64,000 bases of DNA from IMG/VR virus record IMGVR_UViG_3300044266_000359; one strand, written 5' to 3'. Source of the stretch: an uncultured virus (IMG/VR IMGVR_UViG_3300044266_000359) (lineage: Duplodnaviria > Heunggongvirae > Uroviricota > Caudoviricetes). Below the pieces are notes generated by a model that saw nothing but the letters and a program-made list of their open reading frames with translations, was not told the DNA's origin and ran no database searches. The translations under genes were made by a program, and so were the position numbers. The first letter of the stretch is position 1; every line of letters starts with the position of its first letter. Shown here piece by piece: positions 46,946 through 56,137 of the stretch.

Positions 46946-48912
46946 TGGGTTTGCTTACTCCACTGCAACTTACTGCGGCTTCGGCATTATTGGATAATTC
47001 TGGCATTGCGTTAAATTCAGAATGGCAAGATCAATTGCAGGCTTATCAATCTACAGAGTTGATTGCCAACTGGCAAAACGCTGTGAATTATTATAATTCT
47101 CGCAGTTGGAAAACCGACAACACTCTGGCTTTGTTATTGAGAATGGGCGCTTCAATTTTCCCGGCGCTGGGCAATAGCATTCCAACTGGTGCACCAACAC
47201 CACGACCCATTGAAGGTCCAGTAACAACAGGATTTGTGGGCCTGATTGAAAATACTGGAAATTTATACCTAGGAGACGGTAACGTAGGTAAATTTGCTCT
47301 TTCCTTCATGGCAGCACAAGGGTATATCAGTTCAACCAATGTGTTTATCAACAGCGCAGTAAATGCACAGACCTATCTAGGTCCAACATTTACCAACATG
47401 AGCAATCTAACAACCAACAATATCAGTGCATTGAATTCAAATCTAACTGGGTTTGGGGTGGACCTTGGCAATCAAGGCCAGCTTACTGACATGCAAAACC
47501 TCAACAACTATGGCACACCTGCAGCACTGTTGAAACAAATTTCCAAAGTAGCTGGCTTACAAGGCGGCACATTGAAAATAATTGAAGTTGCGTTAATAGC
47601 TGTTGGACTAACCAAGGCCAACATACTAACATTGATCTCAGGGTCTAGAGACGCCAATCCCACACAGTTTGATCAATACCAACGATTGGCTTATACTGGC
47701 ATGACCAATGTTGTTGGTGCTGACCTCCAGCAAGTGTTGAGTATTTTAGATGTTACAACTCCCAACATCGCAACACTAGCAGACTTATTGGATCAGAAAA
47801 AAATATTTCCTAACAGTTGGTCTACACTTACAACTCCCACTGTTAACGGACCCGTGCCGGTTTATCAAGACAACGGCAGTACTAATTTTGCACTGGCCAC
47901 AGAAGTAGCTGCATATTTGCCTACAGCCAGTGGTTGCGAAGAGCTTGGAAAAATAATTCCTCCCGGACAAGCTGTGGCAAATAAATCTGTCCAAGTCGGA
48001 CTGCAACAAATCACTGGTATTGCGTCAACTACCTTGCCCAAGCTTGCACAAACAGTTTTGGGACAATGCAAAAACGTATGGTCAGTTAATAAAATTTATC
48101 TAGCCGATAGCTGTGTGGCCAATGGCCAACCCATACCCACTTATTATCGAGCACAGCAAGATGTTCCTGCTGGCATTGATATCAACAACACTGATTATTG
48201 GTTGCCCACATCGTTGGGTGGCATCAGTACCATGGCAGGATTACCAGACATTCAAGCACAAACTACAGCGTTGCCTGCTGAAGTTGTTGCATACTATGAT
48301 ACTCTTGCTACAGGTACTGGACCCAACGGAACATTGACCACATGCGATTTATTTGGCACTGCTGCTGGCAGCGGATACATTGAAAAATTAGCTACAGTTA
48401 CAGGAATAATCAATTCTTTGAATTCAATAGGTGAACTAAACACATTGAAAAATGTTTACATTAACATGTTGTCAGCAACCAACGATTCTCAAATGTTAAG
48501 CTACATCAGTGCTGCCAATACTAACATTCTTTCTATTAGTACAAATTATCCAGAAGCTGCCGGAATAGCAAATACTGCATGGATGTGGATGGCTACAAAA
48601 CTTGCTACAGAAAAAAACAATCAAACCAAAGCTGGCATTGACTACGATAATTTGCCAGACAACAATCAAACCAGTGTTTATGGATTTGTGCAAAATCTAC
48701 CGCAGTACGGACTTCAAGTTGATGCTTGCGGTGCAGGTGATTTCCTGGATCAGGTCGCTGACCTTTCTGTAATCGGTGGGCAAGCGATTGTTGGAACCAT
48801 GCGCGAAGCCAGAAACAATCAACGCCTTGGCGCCGCACAATTGGCGCAAAATACCACACCTTCCACAGGTTTTGCAGTAACGCCTGCGCCTGCAGTTGTT
48901 CCTGTAAACTAA
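46945..48912 (+). CDS. Putative baseplate/tail structural protein
   Basis: 655-aa ORF coupled to PAAR. Confidence 0.55.
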   Translation: MGLLTPLQLTAASALLDNSGIALNSEWQDQLQAYQSTELIANWQNAVNYYNSRSWKTDNTLALLLRMGASIFPALGNSIPTGAPTPRPIEGPVTTGFVGLIENTGNLYLGDGNVGKFALSFMAAQGYISSTNVFINSAVNAQTYLGPTFTNMSNLTTNNISALNSNLTGFGVDLGNQGQLTDMQNLNNYGTPAALLKQISKVAGLQGGTLKIIEVALIAVGLTKANILTLISGSRDANPTQFDQYQRLAYTGMTNVVGADLQQVLSILDVTTPNIATLADLLDQKKIFPNSWSTLTTPTVNGPVPVYQDNGSTNFALATEVAAYLPTASGCEELGKIIPPGQAVANKSVQVGLQQITGIASTTLPKLAQTVLGQCKNVWSVNKIYLADSCVANGQPIPTYYRAQQDVPAGIDINNTDYWLPTSLGGISTMAGLPDIQAQTTALPAEVVAYYDTLATGTGPNGTLTTCDLFGTAAGSGYIEKLATVTGIINSLNSIGELNTLKNVYINMLSATNDSQMLSYISAANTNILSISTNYPEAAGIANTAWMWMATKLATEKNNQTKAGIDYDNLPDNNQTSVYGFVQNLPQYGLQVDACGAGDFLDQVADLSVIGGQAIVGTMREARNNQRLGAAQLAQNTTPSTGFAVTPAPAVVPVN

Positions 48913-48953
48913 AGTATACATTTTTAGGTTAGTACACACTTACCCGAAAACAG

Positions 48954-48982
48954 TTGACCAAAAATAGCTATTTTGCTATAAT
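48954..48982 (+). promoter_or_regulatory. Early promoter, same family as 19243
   Basis: TTGACC-N17(…TTTTGC)-TATAAT. Confidence 0.8.
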
Positions 48983-48988
48983 AACAAC

Positions 48989-49108
48989 ATGAACAACAAA
49001 ACACCAGTCGAAACGCCCGAAGACGAGTACACCACAGGCATGGACATTGCTGACAGTGTCGGGCTCATTGCTTTGTGCGTGTTGATTGTGCTGGCACTGT
49101 CAATCTAA
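48989..49108 (+). CDS. 39-aa leaderless single-TM microprotein (not in ORF track)
   Basis: ATG 6 nt after the -10; stop just before the next promoter. Confidence 0.55.
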   Translation: MNNKTPVETPEDEYTTGMDIADSVGLIALCVLIVLALSI

Positions 49109-49111
49109 CGG

Positions 49112-49140
49112 TTGACCAATATTTCCCATTTTGCTATAAT
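49112..49140 (+). promoter_or_regulatory. Early promoter, same family as 19243
   Basis: TTGACCAATATTTCCCATTTTGCTATAAT then AACAGGAG. Confidence 0.85.
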
Positions 49141-49172
49141 TGAAACATAGCGTAACAAAACAGGAGTTTGAG

Positions 49173-49445
49173 ATGAATATCAAAGACGTCAATTCTGCGA
49201 TTATTTCTGGCATTTACACCAACGACGATCTCAACAGCATTGCTGAAGCACTAAAATATGCTCGCGCTCAACTTGGAAAATTAAACCGTCGTGGCATGTT
49301 GCCCGGCGACACTGTGCGGTTTACCAGCAACCGCAACGGTATCACCTACACTGGTACAGTGACCAAAGTCAAAATTAAAAACGTTCTTGTTCGCACCAAC
49401 GCTGGCATGTTCAACGTTCCTGCTAACATGTTGGAGGCAGTTTGA
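49173..49445 (+). CDS. Small early protein with SH3/KOW-like C-terminus
   Basis: AGGAG RBS; PGDTVRF...GTVTKV. Confidence 0.7.
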   Translation: MNIKDVNSAIISGIYTNDDLNSIAEALKYARAQLGKLNRRGMLPGDTVRFTSNRNGITYTGTVTKVKIKNVLVRTNAGMFNVPANMLEAV

Positions 49446-49560
49446 TGTTTTGGGTGATTGATAAAAAAGGCGCCAAGTTTGTGTTCAAACGCATCGACGA
49501 TCTGTTTGACTTCATTGCAGTTTGCGGTGCAAACAACATTGTTGAAGGGTGGGCAGGGAT

Positions 49561-49719
49561 ATGAACTTCCGGCAGTGGTGCCGCGAAAAGTGGTTTGAGC
49601 ACAAAGACGAACTAGAAGCGTACGGCCAGAAATTGCCATATACTTCGCAAGAATACTTTGCCCGATACAAATTCTGGCTCAAGCGCGAATATCGTCATCA
49701 ACACAATGCAAATCGATAA
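49561..49719 (+). CDS. 52-aa aromatic-rich protein (not in ORF track)
   Basis: MNFRQWCREKWFEHKDE...; manual translation. Confidence 0.55.
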   Translation: MNFRQWCREKWFEHKDELEAYGQKLPYTSQEYFARYKFWLKREYRHQHNANR

Positions 49720-49735
49720 AAGGTGGTATGTAACT

Positions 49736-50176
49736 ATGGGACTGGATCAATACGCATACGTGGCCGCAAAGGCCGGGCAACGAGAAGAATTTTACGAAAC
49801 GTCAGAGTACAACGAAGAAACCAAGGAGTGGGTTAGCAAAACTGCCAAGCCCCGTGAAATTGCCTACTGGCGCAAGCATCCTAACCTGCAGGGATGGATG
49901 GAACGGTTGTGGGAACACAAACTGGCCGCCCAAGGCCAAATTCCCGAAGCAGGACAATTTGGTAGCACATTCAATGGAGTTGAGCTAGAGCTTACATGGG
50001 AAGACCTTGACGCCTTGGAACGGGCTGTGACACACAACCAACTGCCCGAGACCACAGGTTTCTTCTTTGGCAATCCTTCTGATGAGCATTATCGCGAACA
50101 GGATCTTGCGTTTATCCGCGAGGCCCGAGCAGAGTTGTTCTTGGGACTCAAAGTATTTTACAATTCCAGTTGGTAA
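49736..50176 (+). CDS. Hypothetical phage protein (MGLDQY...YWRKH...GFFFG...SSW)
   Basis: ORF with AGGTGG RBS-like motif. Confidence 0.7.
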   Translation: MGLDQYAYVAAKAGQREEFYETSEYNEETKEWVSKTAKPREIAYWRKHPNLQGWMERLWEHKLAAQGQIPEAGQFGSTFNGVELELTWEDLDALERAVTHNQLPETTGFFFGNPSDEHYREQDLAFIREARAELFLGLKVFYNSSW

Positions 50177-50370
50177 TGCTCAAGCAAGACATCCTCGACT
50201 CAAAAGGCAACGTGTACGCCACAGTTAAGTTTGATGGCACCATGTTGTCATTCTGCAACTTACAGCCATACAATCTGACCTTTGTCATGGATGCCCGAGT
50301 GGTCGAGCAACTGCTACCAATTTTACAAAGCATCAAGTTAATTCAGTGGACCGGAGCCGTAAATAAATGA
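50176..50370 (+). CDS. Hypothetical protein
   Basis: TAATG and ATGA couplings. Confidence 0.55.
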   Translation: MLKQDILDSKGNVYATVKFDGTMLSFCNLQPYNLTFVMDARVVEQLLPILQSIKLIQWTGAVNK

Positions 50371-51743
50371 TAGATTACACAGAAGATAGGTTTATTGGAA
50401 CTATGGCATCAGGTTGGATCCGCGACTTGGAAAGTTCTGACAGTCGTTTGCATAAAGAGGCAGTGATTGAAAAAGCTCTCATGGCTGCAAAGCTAGGATC
50501 AGCAGAAGCGCAGGCGTTCTTGTTCAACTGTTACCAAGCCTACAATCCGTACTATACATTCCATGTCAAACAAGTACCAGAAGTTAGCGACCACCGAGAC
50601 CGTCCCAATGCATGGCCTAAGTTTTGGGCACTGCTAGAAGCACTTCGTACTCGTTCAACTACAGGTAACTCAGCTCGTGAAGCCATTGTGGAATGTGCTG
50701 AACTGTTCGATGATGCTGAGTGGAATACAGTTTGTCGGCGTGTTATTATCAAGGACCTGCGTTGCGGCATCTCAGAAAAGACCTTAAACAAAATTCTTAA
50801 AAACACCGATTGGGAGATTCCGGTATTCAGTTGCCAGCTGGCACAAGATTCAACTGATCAACCCCGGAAGCTCACAGGCTTCAAACGCCTTGAGCCCAAG
50901 CTGGATGGGGTGCGTGTGTTAGCTGTGGTGCAAGGCATGAACGTGAGCTTGTTCAGCCGCAATGGCAAAGAGTTTGCCAACTTCCCCCAGATTGCCAAGG
51001 ATATTAACATCTACCGCAGAGCATTCCAAAACAATCTTGGCTCAGGTGGTCGTTTTGTGCTGGACGGCGAAGTAACTGGCGAGAGTTTCCAAAAGCTCAT
51101 GAAGCAAGCACATCGAAAAAGTGATGCCCAAACCGATGGTATGGTGTACAACATCTTTGACGTTGTTCCTTTGGACGACTTCCAGCGCGGTTATTGGAAC
51201 GCTCAACAATACAAGCGTTTTGAAATTCTAGATCGCGCCCGCGGCGCACTAGAAGATGCCACAGGCGGTCACAGCCTGAGAGTTGTAAGCGGACTGGAAG
51301 TAGATCTAGGCACAGCTGAGGGCCACGATATTATGAATCGCTATGCCCAAGATTGTGTGGCAGAAGGCTACGAAGGCATCATGATCAAAAGCATGGATGC
51401 TCCGTATGTGTGCAAACGAGCAGACTACTGGATGAAATGGAAGCCTACTATTTCAGTAGATTTGACCATTGTGGGTTTTGAAGAAGGTACCGGTCGTAAC
51501 GAAAACCGACTTGGTGCTATAATTTGTGAAGGAGTTGACAATGATCGTAACATACGAGTTAATGTTGGTAGCGGTTTTAGTGATAGCGATCGTGATGAGT
51601 ATTGGTCCGGAAGGGATAGCCTGCTTGGGCACTTGGTTGAAGTCCAAGCTGACGCAGTTACGCAAAACCAAGACGGATCATACAGTTTGAGGTTCCCCCG
51701 ATTCCTACGTTTCCGTGATTTTGAAGCAGGCGAAAAGTTGTGA
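50367..51743 (+). CDS. ATP-dependent DNA ligase (T4 gp30-like)
   Basis: EPKLDGVR, SRNGK, LDGEV, FDVV, EGIMIK, KWK, SLRFPRF. Confidence 0.95.
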   Translation: MIDYTEDRFIGTMASGWIRDLESSDSRLHKEAVIEKALMAAKLGSAEAQAFLFNCYQAYNPYYTFHVKQVPEVSDHRDRPNAWPKFWALLEALRTRSTTGNSAREAIVECAELFDDAEWNTVCRRVIIKDLRCGISEKTLNKILKNTDWEIPVFSCQLAQDSTDQPRKLTGFKRLEPKLDGVRVLAVVQGMNVSLFSRNGKEFANFPQIAKDINIYRRAFQNNLGSGGRFVLDGEVTGESFQKLMKQAHRKSDAQTDGMVYNIFDVVPLDDFQRGYWNAQQYKRFEILDRARGALEDATGGHSLRVVSGLEVDLGTAEGHDIMNRYAQDCVAEGYEGIMIKSMDAPYVCKRADYWMKWKPTISVDLTIVGFEEGTGRNENRLGAIICEGVDNDRNIRVNVGSGFSDSDRDEYWSGRDSLLGHLVEVQADAVTQNQDGSYSLRFPRFLRFRDFEAGEKL

Positions 51744-51967
51744 GACGCTGGGACGAGGATTCAGATCTGTGGCTGTTTACCATGTCAGAGTTTCAACAGC
51801 TTCCTGATGGTATTGTGCTAGAAAGCATCGATGGCAAAAAAGCAGTAAAAGGTCTGGATCGCATCGGCCACGATCAACGTGCTAGGTATATTGCTTGGGG
51901 AATACGAGATCCTTTCAATCATGAACTAGGGCCATTGTTTACAAAGTTTGTGTTAGAAACAAAATGA
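51740..51967 (+). CDS. Hypothetical protein
   Basis: GTGA coupling. Confidence 0.6.
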   Translation: MRRWDEDSDLWLFTMSEFQQLPDGIVLESIDGKKAVKGLDRIGHDQRARYIAWGIRDPFNHELGPLFTKFVLETK

Positions 51968-52428
51968 AGAAAGTCTACTATGAAAAGATCGGGCGCAAAT
52001 ATGTGCCTGTTAGCGAGTACGATGGCGATTATCATCTGAGTTTTCCTAAAGGTAATCACCTTGTTATGTGTTATCCTGGTGGCTCCTCACGTAGGTTCAA
52101 CGTCGAACCTGCCCTGGCTCCAATGATTGCTGCCGGCCGCTTTGCTGAAGACAAAATGTGTGAAGCTGTTTATGAGGCAGCTTCCATGCATCGCCAAGAG
52201 CACCAAGGCACAGAGCTAACCCCCGAGCAACTTTGCGCCTGGCGCAATTTTGAAAAAGTCATGGGCGAGCGTGGCAAGTATGTGCAATTCAAAAGCACAC
52301 ACGACATTGTAGGAGCTGGACTTCGGGTGTTGGAAAAAGAAGCCGCTGAACTCATGACACACCCAGCAGTTCGTGACGCCTACGAACAGTTCCAAGCAGT
52401 TTGCAAATTGGTTAAACAAACCAGTTGA
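51964..52428 (+). CDS. Hypothetical protein
   Basis: ATGA coupling. Confidence 0.7.
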   Translation: MKKVYYEKIGRKYVPVSEYDGDYHLSFPKGNHLVMCYPGGSSRRFNVEPALAPMIAAGRFAEDKMCEAVYEAASMHRQEHQGTELTPEQLCAWRNFEKVMGERGKYVQFKSTHDIVGAGLRVLEKEAAELMTHPAVRDAYEQFQAVCKLVKQTS

Positions 52429-52452
52429 CATCTACGCAATCTGTTGTATAAT
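52425..52452 (+). promoter_or_regulatory. sigma70 promoter
   Basis: TTGACA-N16-TATAAT. Confidence 0.75.
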
Positions 52453-52456
52453 CGCT

Positions 52457-52614
52457 AGGCATGGTCCAGGAGGTTGTGCTGCTCAATGGAGAAAGCGGAA
52501 ACGATTGGTAACCTAGGTCCGCTAGAACCCGTGGCAAGTGAGCGTAAGTCACAGAGGTGAGACACTGTCTTGGAGAAATCCAAAACCCAGGCTGGTACCC
52601 TGGGGAGTATGCCT
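52457..52614 (+). ncRNA. Candidate structured non-coding RNA or long structured leader
   Basis: No ORF in the track; starts at the predicted +1; ends pair (AGGCAT/ATGCCT, CCAGG/CCTGG); several internal hairpins. Confidence 0.55.
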
Positions 52615-52644
52615 TAAAGAACTAAACAGTGAAAGGAATGAAAC

Positions 52645-52953
52645 ATGTCTGTTGAAATTGCGGTTTCTGCGTTGAGTATGCCGCAGTCCCTCGACTCTCT
52701 TAAATTGGAAACGCCCTTGACCATGCACCGTGTTGTTTTCGAAATCTCGTCAGTTGAAACATGGTACAAGATAATGGCCGAAGCAAGAGTGCAATTCGGC
52801 AAGAACTGGCGTGCTCAACCCAGAGTCAAGCGCAGACTCACCAGCTGGAGGAACACCACTCTAAAGGTTTGGTTTGAAGTGCCAGACTCGACTTTTGCAA
52901 CCTGGTGTGCAGTTAAATTGGGTGTTCAAGCTGTGGGAGTAGTCAATAAATAA
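52645..52953 (+). CDS. Hypothetical protein
   Basis: AAAGGA RBS. Confidence 0.65.
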   Translation: MSVEIAVSALSMPQSLDSLKLETPLTMHRVVFEISSVETWYKIMAEARVQFGKNWRAQPRVKRRLTSWRNTTLKVWFEVPDSTFATWCAVKLGVQAVGVVNK

Positions 52954-52957
52954 ATCT

Positions 52958-54394
52958 ATGTTTCTCTCATGGTTAATGATGGGCGTGGCACTGAGTCTCA
53001 GTGTTATCGCCGCTTTTTATAGTATAGCAGGTTTGGCTGCTATTTTTGCCGCGGCGGTGGTTCCTATTGTGGTAATGGGAACAATATTAGAAGTCGCCAA
53101 GCTCACTGTCACAGTTTGGTTACACGAGTACTGGCCACGGTGCCGATTCCTTATGAAGGCATACCTGGTACCTGCGGTGGCATTGCTTGCTTTTATTACC
53201 AGTATGGGTATATTTGGATTTCTAAGCAAAGCACACAGTGACCAGGGCATGGTGTCAGGTGACGTGCAAGCCAAGATTGCCATTTACGATGAAAAAATTC
53301 AAACCGAACGGGAGAACATTGATGCAAATCGCAAGGCGCTTAAACAACTTGATGAGGCAGTGGACCAAGTTATGGCACGCTCAACAGATGAAAAAGGGGC
53401 CGATAAGGCCGTGGCAATACGGCGAGCCCAGCAAAAAGATCGCGCTCGTTTACTTGAAGAAATTAGCAAGAGCCAATTGCGGATTACCGCACTCAACGAA
53501 GAACGAGCTCCAATTGCGGCGGAAGTACGAAAAGTGGAGGCCGAAGTGGGCCCTATCAAGTATATCGCCGCCTTGGTGTATGGGGATAACACCGATGCAA
53601 ACATTTTAGAACGGGCAGTGCGTTGGGTCATAATTATTCTAGTAATTGTATTTGACCCATTGGCAATTATGATGCTGTTGGCTGCAACCGAAAGCTTCAA
53701 GTGGGAGAAAGAGCCGCCTGTGGCAGAAACTGTAGTTGATGATGACAAGATTCGAGAAACTGCCAAAGAGCAAGAGCCCGAAATACCAGCGGAGCCTGTG
53801 CCCGAAGTTGAAAAGTCTTGGCAAGAAAAGTATCCATATCTCACTAAACCTTTTGTGCATTTCAGTAATACCAAACCGGTAGTCTATTCGGGCAATCCTG
53901 CAGAGTTTCAACAACCTTGGCCGGAAGAGAAAAAACAAGAGTTGGTCAAGGTAATGAAGGATATTTTCCCGTCGGACGATTGGTTAGACGGCGAAGAGCA
54001 TGGTTCAGATGAAGAAAAGCAAGCCATAAGAGAATGGAAAGCGGCTAATCCTGAACTCACAGTAAAAGCACAGCGAGAACTGCTGGCACGTGGTGAAATT
54101 ACCGAACTACCTTGGGCAAGAAAACCCAATTCAACTTTTGGATTTGTGTTTCCTTGGAGCCCAGAAAAAGGCGACACATTTATCAAAACAGATGTGGTGC
54201 CCAATGCAATGTACAAGTTTAACGGAACTCAATGGATGGCCGTTGACAAATCTGTGTTAGACAGTTATACTCATGATACTGCATACATTGATTATCTTAT
54301 CTCCAAAATATCATCAGGTGAATATGATCCTGAGCTATTGTCTGAAGACTTGCGTGATCAAGTAGCTGAACGTATCAAACAAACTGACGCATGA
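52958..54394 (+). CDS. Multi-pass membrane/coiled-coil protein
   Basis: Three N-terminal TM segments, GIFGFLSKAH, coiled coil, EVGPIKY, VFDPLA. Confidence 0.75.
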   Translation: MFLSWLMMGVALSLSVIAAFYSIAGLAAIFAAAVVPIVVMGTILEVAKLTVTVWLHEYWPRCRFLMKAYLVPAVALLAFITSMGIFGFLSKAHSDQGMVSGDVQAKIAIYDEKIQTERENIDANRKALKQLDEAVDQVMARSTDEKGADKAVAIRRAQQKDRARLLEEISKSQLRITALNEERAPIAAEVRKVEAEVGPIKYIAALVYGDNTDANILERAVRWVIIILVIVFDPLAIMMLLAATESFKWEKEPPVAETVVDDDKIRETAKEQEPEIPAEPVPEVEKSWQEKYPYLTKPFVHFSNTKPVVYSGNPAEFQQPWPEEKKQELVKVMKDIFPSDDWLDGEEHGSDEEKQAIREWKAANPELTVKAQRELLARGEITELPWARKPNSTFGFVFPWSPEKGDTFIKTDVVPNAMYKFNGTQWMAVDKSVLDSYTHDTAYIDYLISKISSGEYDPELLSEDLRDQVAERIKQTDA

Positions 54395-55626
54395 AAACAA
54401 CTGAAAATTTAGATAACTGTAGTTTTTGTGGAAAACACAAAGATCAAGTAGTTAAGCTCATTGTGGGCGCCGAAGTTGCAATTTGCAACGAGTGTGTGGA
54501 CTTGTGCCAGACTTTGCTAGAAGATGCACCTGTTGCCAAAGCTGACAAAACGCCCGGTGCGCTTGATCCTAGAGAAATCAAACGTCACCTTGACGAGTAT
54601 GTGATTGGGCAAGACCAAGCAAAAATTGTTCTCAGTGTAGCAGTTACCAACCACTACAAACGAATCAACAACAAAGAAAAACAAACCGAAGTCGAAAAAG
54701 CCAACATCCTCATGCTTGGTCCCACAGGATCAGGAAAAACACTGCTGGCCAGAAGCGTGGCCAGATATTTGGATGTGCCGTTTGTTATTGCAGACGCCAC
54801 CAGTTTGACTGAAGCAGGATATGTGGGTGATGATGTTGAGAGTTTGATCAGTCGGCTGTACGCAGCTTCTGGATTCGACGTTGAAAAAACACAGCGTGGT
54901 ATTGTGTTTGTGGACGAAATTGACAAAATCAGCAGAAAAAGCGAAAGCACAAGTATTACCCGAGACGTGTCGGGCGAAGGCGTGCAACAGGCCCTGCTCA
55001 AGTTGGTTGAAGGCACCAAGTGCAGAATTCAACCAACTGGTGGTCGTAAACATCCAGGCGGGGACATGATCGAAATAGATACCACTGACATTCTGTTCAT
55101 AGCAGGTGGTGCTTTTGTGGGCCTGGATAACATTGTTAAAAACCGTATCAAAGGCACCAGCATTGGATTCCAAGCTGAAGTCAACCAAGATACTCCTGGC
55201 AAATTAGACATGGTCACGCCCGACGATTTGGTACGCTTTGGGTTGATTCCTGAGTTTGTGGGCAGATTCCCCAGTTGGGTAGCATTGCAAGAGTTAACGT
55301 TGGAAGATCTCATTTCCATTCTAACTGAAGTTAAAAACTGCTATGTTGATCAGTATCAATGGTTATTTGACCAAGATCAAGTTGCACTGACATTCGAAAC
55401 TGACGCACTCAAACGCATAGCTGAAAATACCATCAAAAACAAAACTGGCGCCCGTGGGCTGCACAGTGAACTGGAGCGTGTGTTATTGCCGCACATGTTT
55501 AACTTGCCACGCTATCGAGACAGCGAAATCAACAGCCTTACAATCACTCAAGACCTGGTAAATAATCCTGTAGAACTAAAGGGATTACATGAACAAGTTG
55601 CGAGGAAGGTCAGTACTGGTCACTGA
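54391..55626 (+). CDS. clpX: ATP-dependent Clp protease ATPase ClpX
   Basis: CSFCGK Zn domain, [25 protein letters not shown] loop, TGARGL. Confidence 0.96.
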   Translation: MKTTENLDNCSFCGKHKDQVVKLIVGAEVAICNECVDLCQTLLEDAPVAKADKTPGALDPREIKRHLDEYVIGQDQAKIVLSVAVTNHYKRINNKEKQTEVEKANILMLGPTGSGKTLLARSVARYLDVPFVIADATSLTEAGYVGDDVESLISRLYAASGFDVEKTQRGIVFVDEIDKISRKSESTSITRDVSGEGVQQALLKLVEGTKCRIQPTGGRKHPGGDMIEIDTTDILFIAGGAFVGLDNIVKNRIKGTSIGFQAEVNQDTPGKLDMVTPDDLVRFGLIPEFVGRFPSWVALQELTLEDLISILTEVKNCYVDQYQWLFDQDQVALTFETDALKRIAENTIKNKTGARGLHSELERVLLPHMFNLPRYRDSEINSLTITQDLVNNPVELKGLHEQVARKVSTGH

Positions 55627-55813
55627 CGACAACATAGAAAAAGCTCTGCGTAAGTTCAAAAAGAAAATCCAAAACTCGGACATTCTTAACGAGCTACGCA
55701 AAAGAGAGCATTACGTTAAACCTACCACCAAGCGCAAACTCAAACGTAGCGCGGCTAAAAATCGCTGGCGTAAAAAGCTGGACGATCAAGCATTGCCCAA
55801 GAAGCTATACTAA
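55589..55813 (+). CDS. rpsU: Ribosomal protein bS21
   Basis: IEKALRKFKKK...ELRKREHYVKPT..RK. Confidence 0.92.
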   Translation: MNKLRGRSVLVTDDNIEKALRKFKKKIQNSDILNELRKREHYVKPTTKRKLKRSAAKNRWRKKLDDQALPKKLY

Positions 55814-56052
55814 TGTACGTGGAGTTCAAGCTACCCGAATCTATTGCTGGTGCGTCATTATTGTTGCTTCGTCGTAGCATACTTGATTGGTCCGAAAAAT
55901 ACCAAATTCCTTACACTGAAAAAACCATAAAATACACTTACCGCGTGTGTTTTGATAAAGACGAGTCTTATAGTTTTTTTGCAATGACCTATCCACAGAC
56001 CCGGCACTTTCTCCAATATCGCATTGTGTCTGACCTAAATAATAAAATATAA
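55813..56052 (+). CDS. Hypothetical protein
   Basis: TAATG coupling. Confidence 0.6.
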   Translation: MYVEFKLPESIAGASLLLLRRSILDWSEKYQIPYTEKTIKYTYRVCFDKDESYSFFAMTYPQTRHFLQYRIVSDLNNKI

Positions 56053-56079
56053 TTTGATTTCGTGTATAATAAATAACAA

Positions 56080-56137
56080 TGTAGCGCCGATGGTCGGGCT
56101 ACAAAATTAATCTTGCTTTTCGAAGGAGAACACAATG
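56080..56137 (+). promoter_or_regulatory. Structured dnaK leader, ROSE-like RNA thermometer candidate
   Basis: Hairpin containing GCCGATGGTCGGGC, then CTTGCT opposite SD AAGGAG. Confidence 0.65.

Noticed and set aside
52457..52614. RNase P RNA, tmRNA, tRNA or known riboswitch
   Set aside because: Lacks GAGGAAAGUCC, tmRNA/tRNA ends and a T-loop; no riboswitch consensus recognised; kept as an unknown RNA
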